A program made the translations under genes and the position numbers. From Basidiobolus meristosporus CBS 931.73 (lineage: Eukaryota; Fungi; Basidiobolomycota): DNA of 64,000 bases. The stretch's first letter is position 1. The number at the start of each line of letters is the position of its first letter. This document shows, one piece after another, positions 1-12,500 of this stretch. The stretch is taken from NCBI GenBank assembly GCA_002104905.1, contig MCFE01000169.1:81047-145046 (forward strand), read 5' to 3'. The notes beneath the pieces are model-generated. The model was not told the DNA's origin and did no database searches. It worked only from the letters and a program-made list of their open reading frames with translations.

Positions 1-3000
1 TTAGATATTGTTCAATATGATGCAATTTGATGTTTAGGATGTGGGTATGAGAATGCAAGCTAAGTTGAAATCTTGAATATTGCTCAAGAACATGAGGTGC
101 GTTATCTATGACTTGGGTGCTGGTGATAGTACAAAAATTGACCACCAGATCAAGGATTTTAAAGCCGGGATGTAGGGCCTGGGCTCAAGCCATAAAAAGT
201 TGTAGTGTTGGATATTACCTCATTTAGTAGAATTTAGTATCCAGGATCTGAGAAATGTAATGCTAGCTATGATTCAAAACCTGAGTCAATGTACTAACAG
301 TATAGATCCAGGAAATTGGGGCAGATGCAGGAAGGTGCGATCCAGGACCTGGATCCAGGTGCCTAAGGTTGAGATCTAGGATCAGGTTCTAGGTGCTGAG
401 AAGTGCAATCTAGGACCTGTGTCCAGCAGCTGAAAGTTGATACTTGGCATATTACTTGTTGATATTAGAGTTTTTATCTAGGACCAGGGTCAAGTTGCTG
501 AATGTTGATATCAAGAAACTGTGTATAGGTGATAGTAGCAAAGATCTTGAACCTAGGTCCAGGAGATGAAACCTAAGATATAGAACCTAGGCTCAAGATG
601 CTAAAAGTTGTATTGTTGTATATGACTCAAGTTGATGGAAGTCAATACTAGGTCCTAAGAATAGTAATGCAAGTTGAGGTTAATGACCTGAGTCCAGGTC
701 CTGAAAGTCAAAATGTAGGATATTGCTCAAGGAAATGTAGGGTATCATCCAGGGCTTGGGTCAATGTGATAAGGGTCAAGATCTAGAACCTGGACTTAGG
801 TAATTTAAGCTGAGATATATGACCTGGGCTCAAGGTGCCACTACGTGAAGTTAAATATTGTTCAATTTAATCAGAGTTCATATCCAGTACTTGGGCATGG
901 TAATTCAAGCTAAGATATGGAGACTTGGGCCACAATTGATGAAAGGTTAGATGTTGGACCTGGGTCCAGGTGCTGAAAGTTGAAATATTGGACATTGATT
1001 AAGGGAATGAGGAGTGTCATCCAGGACTCAGGTCTAGGAAATCAGATCATACATCTAAAACCTGGATCTAGGTTATCCAAGCTGAGATGTAGAACCTGGG
1101 CTCAAGGTTCCTGAAGCTTTAATGTTAGGTATTGCTTAATTCTAAGAGATTTAATATTAAGGATCTTGGCTTGAAAATACAAGCTAAGATTCAGGACCTG
1201 GGCTCAATTGACTAGAGTCAAGATTTCGGACCTGGGTCCAAGTGCTGAAAGTTAAAAACCTGTATATTGCTCAATGATACAATGGGTGTAATCAAGGACT
1301 TGGGTCTGGTAACCAGGGTTGATATCTAGAACCAGGATCAAGGCTATTAAAGCAGAGATGTAGGACCTTAGCTCAAGATGAAAAAGTTGTATTGTTGGAT
1401 ATTGCCTCATATAATGATATTGAATATCCAGGAGCTGGGCTAAATAATGCAAGCTAGTACCAAGGGCCTGGGTCAATGTAATAAAAGTTTAGATCTAGGA
1501 CACAGGTCTAGATGCTGCAAGCTGAGATTTTTGATATTCCTTAATGAAATGAGGATTGAGATCCAAGAACAGGGTCAATTTGATAAATATGATATCCAGG
1601 ACCTGAGTAAAGGTTATAATAGCTAAGATACTGAGTCTAGGATCAGGTGATGGAACCTGAAATGTAAGGACTGGGATCAAGGTGCTATAACTTGTACTAT
1701 TTTATACTGCTCGACTTAATAAGAGTCAATATTAAGGACCCTGGCATGGTAATATATGCTAAGATCATGAGCCTAAGGCCAAGGGAGTAAGGTTGAAGTC
1801 TAAGACCGGGGTTTAGGTGGCAAAAGATGAAATTTGGGTATTACTCAATGAAATAATGCTTGATATCCCAGAAAAGGGTAAAGGTACCAAGATTTGATAC
1901 TTACAATCTGGGTGAAGGTGATGATAGCTGGGATCTTGATCCTGGGTCCACGTGATGAAGCTTCTCATATAAGGCATAGGTTTAATGTGCCAGAAGTTAT
2001 AATGTTAAAAGTTGTTGAATTTAATGAGTGTTGATAACCTGAACCTGTGCATGGTAATGCAAGCTAAGGAGTAGGAACTGGGTCCAAGAGATGAAAGTTG
2101 AGACTTAGGTCTTAGTCTCAAGTGTTGACAGTTGGAAATTTGGATATTTCTCAATGAAATCAGAGTTGCCAATCAGCACCTTGGTCTAGTTGATAAGGGC
2201 AAAGATCCAGAACCTACATCCAGTTGATGAGAGCCATGAGCCATAACCTGGATCAAGCAAAGACCACTGAGATGTAGGACATGGGTTTAAGGTGCAAAAT
2301 GTTGTAATGTTGGATATTGCGCCATTTAATAAGATTAGATATCCAGGACTGGGCCATGGAAATGCTAGCTGAGGGCTAGCCCTCACATTCAAAAGATGAA
2401 TGATAAGATCTATGGCATGGGTCCATGTGCTGAAGATTGAAATTTTGGATATTACTCATTGAAATGAGGGCTTTCATGCAAGACCTTGGTCCAGGTGATA
2501 AGGGAAAAGAACTAAGGCCAGGACCAGGTGATGAGGGTAAACATCTAAAACCTGGTTCAAGGTGATGAAAGTAGGGGCGTGGGACATGTGCTCAAATCAT
2601 CAAATGTTACAAGTCTTGGTATAAGAGTTGTAGAGGAATAGGGAGTTTAGCCAGTATTGTATTCACTAAAACTTGAACTGATCTTTATTAAGGTTCCAGC
2701 AGCTCCTTATATATATTTTGCCAGATTAATTGCTGATTAATTGAGTTTCCTAATGTAGGTTGTGGCTGCTGACTCATTTGATTGCATCATCACCCAATAA
2801 AGTCCTACTTAATATATCTAATTCGGTCTGATAAGGATCTGCTGATTTATTTGCTAACTAATGTTACTGATATGATAGATAATACTGATATACTGATAAC
2901 CTAATCATATAACTAATTGATTTGAATAAAAACTGATCTAATTTAAACATTCAAGTGGCAGATCATAACACAAAAATTGCAAGTTGGAAACTGCTCAATT

Positions 3001-6000
3001 TGATGATATTTTATATTGCGGACCTGCGAATTTTTATGCAGGCTAAGATCCAGGATCTGGGTCTAAGTGATGAAAGTTTTGATCCAGTGCCTGGGTCCAG
3101 GTGCTGAAAGTTGAAATTTTTGATATTCCTCTACAAAATGGGGGGTGTCAATAAGATCTTGAATCAGTTCATGAGAGCAAAGATATAGGACCAGAGTCCA
3201 AGTGATGAGGGCAAGAATCTATAATCTCTCAAGGTGATGAAAGTTAGGATGTAGGACCTGGTCTCTAGCTGGGAAACATGTAATGCTGAATATTGCTCAA
3301 TATCATGATACTTCATAGTAAGGACCAGGGCATGATAATGCAAGCTAGCACCCAAGAACTGGGCCCAGGTGATGAGTGCACAGATCAAGAACCGGGAATA
3401 GGTTGATAAAAGCTGAGATATAAGACCTGGGATCAAAGAACAAAAAGTTACAATGCTGGAAATTACCCAAGTTACTGAGTGTTGATATCCAGGACCTGTG
3501 TGTAGTGATGCATGCTGAGGCCCAGGACCTGGGTCCATGGGTTGAAAGTTGACATGTAGAACCTGGGTCCAGATACCAAAAGTTGAAACTTTAGATATTA
3601 CTCAATGAAATGAGAGTAGGCATCCAGGACCTTGGTCCAGATGGTGAAGGCAAAATCTACAATCTGGCTCAAAGGGCTGACTGTTGAGATGCAGGACTTG
3701 GACTCAAGATGCCAAGAATTGGTATGTTGGATAATGCTCACTTGAATGAGATCTGATATACAAGACCTGGTCAAGCTACTGCAAGCTAAGATTCAAGACC
3801 TGGGCTCTAAATGATGAAAGGTGAGATATTGGACCTGAATCCAGTTGACAAAAGTTGAAACTCTGAATATTGCTATTTGAAATACTGCTGTAAAGTGAAA
3901 CCTTGATATTGCTCCATCAAATAAGGATATATATATAGAACCAGGGTCAAGGTGCTGAGAGTTGATATTTAGCAACTGGTTACAGGTGATGATAGCTAAG
4001 ATTGGAATCTAGGTCCAGGTGTTGAAACAGAAGATGTAGGACCTGGTTCAAGGTGCCAAACATTATAATATTAGATTATGGTCAATTTAATCAGACATGA
4101 TACCCACAAACAGGGCATGACAATATATGCTAAGACCTAATACCTGGGTCCATGTGGTGAAATTACAAGTCAAAGAACTGCATAATGGAGCTCAAAGTTG
4201 TAATTTTGGATACTTCTCAAGGAGTTGGGAGGTGTCATTAGGACCTTGGTCCAGGTGATGAGGGCATTGATATAGGACCTGGGTCCAGGTGATGATGGCA
4301 GAAATCTGGAAGGTGGGCTAATGTGATGAAAGATGAGATGTGGGTTATTGCTTTGTTTGATATTACTTGACTTAATAAGTTCTGGTATCAATGACCTGGG
4401 CATGGTGATACATGCCAAGATCTACATCCTTGGCCCTAACTGATTAAAGGTGAGATTTTGGACCTTGGTCTTGGTGCTGAAAGTTGAAACTTTGAATTTT
4501 GCTTGTTGAAATGAGGGTGGTCATCCATGAACTTGGTCCTGGTGATGAGGGCACAGGTCTGAAACCATTCAGGATCCAGGTCCAAGTGATGAAAGGTGAG
4601 TAATAGAACCTGAGGCCAGCAGATGAAAATTGAGATATGGGTTTTGGGTCCGGTTGCTGATAGTTAAAACTATGCGTATTGCTCAGTGAAATGATAGTTG
4701 ACATCCAGATCCTTGGTCTAGCTAATGAGGGATAAGATCTTGAACATGGTTCATGATGATGAAGGTTCAGATGCAGGACTTGGGCTCAAGGTTCCAAATG
4801 TAATGTGGAATATTACCTAACTTAGTGAACTTTGATGCATAGGACCTGACCATGGTAATGCATGCTACAGTACAGGACCTGGGTACAGGAGATGAATGGT
4901 GTGATCTAGGATCTGGATCCAGGTGCTAAAGTTAAACTACTGATATTATCCAATAAAATGAGTGTTATCATTTAGGACCTGAGTCAAGGTGCTGAGAGTT
5001 GATACATAGGACCTGAGGTCAGGAGATTAGTGCAAAGATCTAGAGCTTGGGTCTAGGCGCAGTTGAGATGTAGGATCTGTGCTCCAGGAACTGAAAGTGT
5101 AGTGCTGACTATTACTCAATTCAAGGACAGTCAATATTCACAACCTGGGTAAAATAATATAAACTATGATGTATATTCTGGATCTAAAAGATGGAAGCTG
5201 TGATCCAATATCTTGGTCAAGGTGCTAAAAGTTGTAATCTTGTGTACTGCTACACCAATTGATAGTTGACAGTGAAGTCCTGGGCATGGTAATTCAAGAC
5301 AAGATTAACCTTGCTACAGGGAGTATATTTTAGGGTCTACAACCTGTATTAAGATACTGTAAGTTTCAATCTTGGTTGTTGCTCAAGGTAGCAAAAATAA
5401 AAGTCCAATACCTAGGCAATTTGATCTAACTTGAGATATAAGTCCTTGGTAAATGTGCTTAATGCTGCAATTTTATATATTTCTTAATACCTAGAGATCA
5501 GAGAACCCAGTCCCAAGCAAGGTAATATAATGACCTGAGTCTAGGTGCTGAAAATTGTAGTGTTAGATAATATTCAATTCAAAGAGAGTTTATATCTAGA
5601 ACTTTGGTACAATGATTTAAGTGAGGATCTAGAACCCACTTCCAGGTGTAGATGGCTGTAATCTTTGATTTTGCTAAAGATAATCACAGTTGACATCTAC
5701 GGCCTAGGTCTTGGTGATTTAGGTGGTGATCTAAGACCTAGGTCAAGGTACGGAAATTTGATATCCAGGTCCTAGGAGCAGGTAAAGAGAGCCACAATCT
5801 GGAACCAGTACCCTAATGATAAAAGTCAAGATGCTGAACCTAGCCCAAGATGTTGAAAGTTGTAAACGTGAATATTACTCAATGTTTTGAGAGTTGGTAT
5901 TGGGACTTGGATAGAGATGCTGAGAGTAGAAATCTTGGATATTGGTATAGGTGAGGATAACAATGATCTAAGATATGGGTCCAGCCAATGAATGCTGAGA

Positions 6001-6890
6001 TGTAGGACCTGGGCTCAAGGTGTTTAAAGTTGCGATTATAGGTATTTAATATAAATAGAAGTCCAGGACCTGAACAAAGTGTCAAATGCTAAGACCTGGG
6101 AATTGGATTCAGACGCTGAAAGTGATATTCTTGATTATTCCTCAATTTTATTGGAGCGGATATCCACAACCTAGACACAGTAATATAAACTCAAACTCTG
6201 GGCCTTGATCTGGTGGATGAAAGTTGAGTTGTAAGGCCTTATTCAAAGTGCTGAAAGTTGTATTATTGAATATTGCATAATTTGACTCAAGTTGACTGCC
6301 AGAAGTATGGTCCAGGTGATAAATATTGAGATACAAGACCTGAATTGAAGGTGCTCAAAGTAGTGGTGTTTGATAGAGCTAAATTGGAAGAGAGATGATA
6401 CCCAAGACCTGGGCATGGAGGTGTAAATTGGGTTCCAGGATTTGGGGCCATGTGCTGATTGTTGTAATCCTGAATATTACTCAATGTAATGATAGATCTT
6501 ATTCAGAACCTGTGAACAGACAATTTAGGTTGAGATCCAGGACCTTGGTGCAAGAGTTGAAAGCTAAAGTCCCAAACCTCAGTGCAGGTGATTCAAGTTG
6601 TAATCTGGGACCTGAGTACAAGTGATAATAGCTGCATACCTGAGCCCATGCCCAGATGATGAAGGCTGAGAATTATGACCTTACTGAATGTGCAAAAAGT
6701 AGTAATATTAGACATTGCTCTATATCATAAGAGCTGATATACAGGACATGGAACCAGGTAGCATCAGTTGGAATGTAACATTAAGGTAAAGGTGCTGGAA
6801 GTTAGAATCTTTGAAATTGCCCACAGTCACATGAGCTAATATCCACGGCCTAAGTGTAGGTGATTTAGGTATTGATCTTGGGCCTTGGTG
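1..6890 (-). repeat. Diverged 34-bp satellite block, reverse-complement orientation relative to the 9.6-18.2 kb array
   Basis: Recurrent degenerate AGGACCTGGGTCCAGGTGCTGAAAGTTGAGATCT units (e.g. about 345-420, 955-985, 3085-3120). A TATTGCTCAA-type variant monomer recurs at 134-137 or 170 bp spacing (721, 856, 993, 1130, 1265, 1400, 1535, 1705, 1839), i.e. every 4 or 5 monomers. Confidence 0.9.
2605..2970. mobile_element. Probable solo LTR inserted in the satellite
   Basis: 366-bp non-satellite interval with TGTTA...TAACA inverted termini, CAAA on both sides (4-bp target-site duplication), and internal TATA-like and AATAAA motifs. The satellite resumes afterwards. Confidence 0.65.
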
Positions 6891-7299
6891 TTGTGCATCA
6901 ACATTCAAACCATAGTTAAGTTTGCTAATTCAGGAAATCAAGTGCCCTAACTGATTTGTCCAAACCCAAAAATAACCAATGTCACCTGGTTTTATTTTTA
7001 TCCCATCTAAGAATCAGTTTTTAGCTATTGCATCTAACCTATTTTTGTTTGATTAGCACATCATCAATTGATCTGCCAAGCCTACCTAGGTGAATACTCA
7101 TATAAGACTTATCCAATACCTTGTCACTTGCCTAGACATCATCTGATGGATAATGCAATTTTAACTTATCTTATCTACCATTCAGCACCTGAAAAATTTC
7201 CATTAGAAATCCAGCATATTGGTGCTTACTAATTCACATTGATCAGAAAAGTATAAATAAAACTTGAATAACCATCTGGCATAGTGTATTTTCCAGAAA

Positions 7300-9300
7300 A
7301 ATCAAGATTGTTACTCAATAACATTGAGAGTTCAACAATTCCTTTCTAGCTTCTTTGCAAGCCTAGTACATCTACCACTTTAAGAGCACTAAGCCTAGGC
7401 TGCATAGCAAATCTACTGCATTGTCTTTATAGCTAAGTCAGCAATATTTAATACAAGTATTTGACCAAAACCTTACTTTCACTACTTTAGCCACTTCCTG
7501 ACACTTCTAGAATAAATTCTCACTTGTCTCTATGATCTAGTAAAACCGTTGAAAAGTTTTTATCACACTTCTCTCTTGCATATAACACTTGGTCAGGTGC
7601 AGAATGTAGAAATCTTGGACATTACTTAATAGACTTATTCTGTTGGATAGTGCCACATTGAGCCACAAGTGCCAAATGATGCCATAGTGTGCCAGGGAGG
7701 CCTAGCGCAAATGTTCAACAACTTTCTTTTGGACCTTTGTAATATATCATAATACAGGATGAATACATATGTTATGGTTATCCAATTTTTCTGTTAACCT
7801 TGACCAGCAGATGAAAAACTAGAATTGGGACTTTGTAAGCAAGTAAGAGTTATACCAGTATACATGTAATGGTTGCCTATTAACCTGGATATTAACATAC
7901 AATAGAGTATAAGAACAAGCATTTTAGGCAATGGCATCAAAACTGTGCCCATGATCAGAGTCTACAAATATCAAGTAAATTCAGAACTGGTGTCAGAAGT
8001 AATCAAACATCAAGCTCATGACAATAACTACTGATTTAAGTACAGATGAAGCAACTTTCAAAGGTAGTTAAATGCCACATTGGGATCTATAGCTAAGATC
8101 ATTGGATTCTAGATTCAGGTCCTAGGCCAGGTTAATTCAGAGATCTTAGACACCTGTTTGGTTTGCTACATATAAGCCATACCTTTCAATACTATTGTAA
8201 ACTTCCAGCATTTCCACATGCCATTGGTTAACTCTCATCTGATGAGTGTATCAGAACAGCTATTATTGTAATCATAAGTGACTGGCATTACTTTGGCATA
8301 TTTACTTAACAAATAAACACATCAGATTGTCCAGTCTAGATGTCAGTAGCAGGCATCTATGGCACAAAAAAACCCTTCATATTGCTAGTTGCACTGTACC
8401 TAACAATTGTGCACTTTTGATTTTGTGGAACTTGCTACATAGATATCATCAATACTCTCAATATTAAAACACTGGATTGTTTTGTGTCATTCAGAAGTTT
8501 AATTTTTATAGCAGTTTTACACAGGATTGGTGTATGTAGGGCCTACATTTGGTTTACTTTGCCCCTTTCCATCATTTAGGATCATATGATTATTTCTGTT
8601 TTAGAAATCAAGTGTGCGGTTTAAAATCACTAGCATAAAAGTTCCACTATACACTCTTGAATAAATGGTGGGGCACTTGGCATTGTTTTACGCTATATTT
8701 CTTCTGCAGAGGTGCATATACTTGGCTGCCATTCTTATGAGCAATAACTTGATCTATATTCACTTTTGCTTGTGCATTCTTGCACATCCAGATACCTCTT
8801 TGACTTCCATGGCAAATGTAGGAAGTTTCTTTCAAGCCAGGATGGATTAGGTATGAATCTTTCTTCAGGATGGTGAACACATCTTTGGGTGGCTAACCAG
8901 TTGTTGAAGCATCTTTCCAATTCATTATGAGCATCTAATGAGGATAATATGTGCAACATATATGACATACATATCTATGTGTAAACCTGCTGTCTCTTTG
9001 GTTGCTATGATTCCTCCTGAATTTTTAACCAATTGTCTTGTACACTTACAATATCAAAAATCCACATAAATACTCATTGTGGCAGTAATAGTATTTTGAC
9101 CATTTAAACACAATAATTTGCTTTCATCTGAAACTAACCATATTTCTGAGTGTTTTCATGAGTCACATGGACTAAAGCCAAAACTTAAACAGCTAGTGAT
9201 AGAGTGTTGGTGGATCAAAGCTTGCATTTGAGGCAATTTCCAATGATAAAACCTATTTGGTCCATATTGATTTATTATTTATCAGCTTACTTAGTAAAAG
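7300..9300 (-). mobile_element. Decayed non-LTR (LINE-like) reverse transcriptase relic
   Basis: Broken minus-strand frames give, in order, IQCFNIESIDDI (QxGF..RSI.D-like), CAIDACY*HLDW (D..KAYD..W-like), RIQ*S*L*IPMWHLTTFE (G.RQG.PLSP-like) and LAYKVPI (YLG.P-like). Many stops; almost no CpG. Confidence 0.45.
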
Positions 9301-9599
9301 CAAATTCAGGCCCTATTCAACAGACTTGCTACTTGGAGTAACTAACAGCACTTGGTCAGTCTTGTTAAAAATTGCAGCTCCATTTGGTACAATCTACCAC
9401 TTATTTTATTAAATTTGATCTAGCATTAGTCAAGATATTTAGCAATAAATATTAGCCTAACAGTATATAAGTATTATCTGTCAGATCAGTATCATGTGTT
9501 ACCAGAAGAAACCGCAATTCCTTTTCATCATCTAATCAAAATACTATATCTCAACTGATGTCACTGTGACATTGGTCATGATATTCAGCTTTTGTCACC

Positions 9600-12500
9600 T
9601 TAAACCAAGACCCAGATGTTTGCTATTTTAATCTTTACCCAGGTCCTAGATATGTGCTTTAATAACCTTAACCAAGGTCCTAGTACCACCCATCATTGTC
9701 TTGACATAGGTATTGAATCTTGACAATCACTTTACTTTATCCTTTTTTTCAATATTCAGTACCTTCAACCAATTTGCTGATCCCAACTTTTATCACATGA
9801 CCCAGGTCCTAGATCTCAACTTTGAATACCTTAACCTGGTTCTAGATCTTAGCTTTCATCACCATCTCCCAGGTCCTAGATCTCAGCTTTCATCACCAAT
9901 ACTGAGATTCTAGTTCTTAACTTCCATCACCAATACCCTGGTCCTAGCTCTCAACATTGATCACCTTAGCCCAGATCCTAAATGTTAACATTCATCACCT
10001 TAGCCCAGGTCCTAGATCTCATTTTCCATCACCTTAGCCCTGGTTCTCAATCTAAACTTTCATCACCTTAGCCCAGGACCTAAACTTCAACATTCATCAC
10101 CTTGGCCCAGGTCCTAGATCTCAACATTCATCACCATGACCCAGGTCCTATATATCATTTTCCATGACCGTAGCCCATTCATCACCTTAGCCCAGGTCCT
10201 CAATCTCAACTTTCATCACCTTGGCCCAGGTCCTAGATCTCAACTTTCATCACCTTGGCCCAGGTCCTAGATCTCAACATTCATCACCATGACCTGGGTC
10301 CTGGATCTCAACTTTGATTACCTTGGCCCAGGTCCTCAATCTCAACTTTCATTACCTTAGCCCAGGTCCTAGATCTCAACTTCCATCACCTTGACCCAGG
10401 TCCCCAATCTCAACTTTCATCACCTTAGCCCAGGTCCTAGATCTTAACTTTCATCACCTTAGTCCAGGTCCTAGATCTCAACTTTCATCACCTTGGCCCA
10501 GGACCTAAACTTCAACATTCATCACCATGACCCAGGTTCTAGATCTTAACTTTCATCACCTTAGTCCAGGTCCTAGATCTCAACATTCATCACCTTAGCC
10601 CAGGTCCTCAATCTCAACTTTCATCACCTTGGCCCAGGTCCTAGATCTCAACATTTATCACCATGACCTGGGTCCTAGATCTCAGCTTTGATTACCTTGG
10701 CCCAGGTCCTCAATCACAACTTTCACCATGTTAGCCCAGGTGCTAGATCTCAACTTTCATCAACTTGGCCTAGGTCCTTAATCTCAACTTTCATCACCTT
10801 AGCCCAGGTCCTAGATCTCAACATTCATCACCATGACCCGGGTCCTAGATCTCAACTTTCATCACATTGGCCCAGGACCTAAACTTCAACATTCATCACC
10901 ATGACCCAGGTCCTAGATCTTAACTTTCATCACCTTAGTCCAGGTCCTAGATCTCAACATTCATCACCTTAGCCCAGGTCCTCAATCTCAACTTTCATCA
11001 CCTTGGCCCAGGTCCTAGATCTCAACATTCATCACCATGACCCGGGTCCTGGATCTCAACTTTGATTACCTTGGCCCAGGTCCTCAATCTCAACTTCCAT
11101 CACCTTGACCCAGGACCTAAACTTCAACATTCATCACCATGACCCAGGTCCTAGATCTTAACTTTCATCACCTTAGTCCAGGTCCTAGATCTCAACATTC
11201 ATCACCTTAGCCCAGGACCTAGATCTCAACTTTCATCACCTTGGCCCAGGTCCTAGATCTCAACATTGATCACCATGACCCGGGTCCTAGATCTCAACTT
11301 TGATTACCTTGGCCCAGGTCCTCAATCTCAACTTCCATCACCTTGACCCAGGTCCTCAATCTCAACTTTCATCACCTTAGCCCAGGTCCTAGATCTTAAC
11401 TTTCATCACCTTAGTCCAGGTCCTAGATCTCAACATTCATCACCTTAGCCCAGGTCCTCAATCTCAACTTTCATCACATTGGCCCAGGACCTAAGCTTCA
11501 ACATTCATCACCATGACCCAGGTCCTAGATCTTAACTTTCATCACCTTAGTCCAGGTCCTAGATCTCAACATTCATCACCTTAGCCCAGGTCCTCAATCT
11601 CAACTTTCATCACCTTGGCCCAGGTCCTAGATCTCAACTTTCATCACCTTGGCCCAGGTCCTAGATCTCAACATTCATCACCATGACCTGGGTCCTGGAT
11701 CTCAACTTTGATTACCTTGGCCCAGGTCCTCAATCTCAACTTTCATCACCTTAGCCCAGGTCCTAGATCTTAACTTTCATCACCTTAGTCCAGGTCCTAG
11801 ATCTCAACATTCATCACCTTAGCCCAGGTCCTCAATCTCAACTTTCATCACCTTGGCCCAGGACCTAAACTTCAACATTCATCACCATGACCCAGGTCCT
11901 AGATCTTAACTTTCATCACCTTAGTCCAGGTCCTAGATCTCCACATTCATCACCTTAGCCCAGGTCCTCAATCTCAACTTTCATCACCTTGGCCCAGGTC
12001 CTAGATCTCAACTTTCATCACCTTGGCCCAGGTCCTAGATCTCAACATTCATCACCATGACCCGGGTCCTGGATCTCAACTTTGATTACCTTGGCCCAGG
12101 TCCTCAATCTCAACTTCCATCACCTTGACCCAGGTCCTCAATCTCAACTTTCATCACCTTAGCCCAGGTCCTAGATCTTAACTTTCATCACCTTAGTCCA
12201 GGTCCTATATCTCCACTTTCATCACCTTGGCCCAGGACCTAAACTTCAACATTCATCACCATGACCCAGGTCCTAGATCTTAACTTTCATCACCTTAGTC
12301 CAGGTCCTAGATCTCAACATTCATCACCTTAGCCCAGGTCCTCAATCTCAACTTTCATCACATTGGCCCAGGACCTAAACTTCAACATTCATCACCATGA
12401 CCCAGGTCCTAGATCTTAACTTTCATCACCTTAGTCCAGGTCCTAGATCTCAACATTCATCACCTTAGCCCAGGTCCTCAATCTCAACTTTCATCACCTT

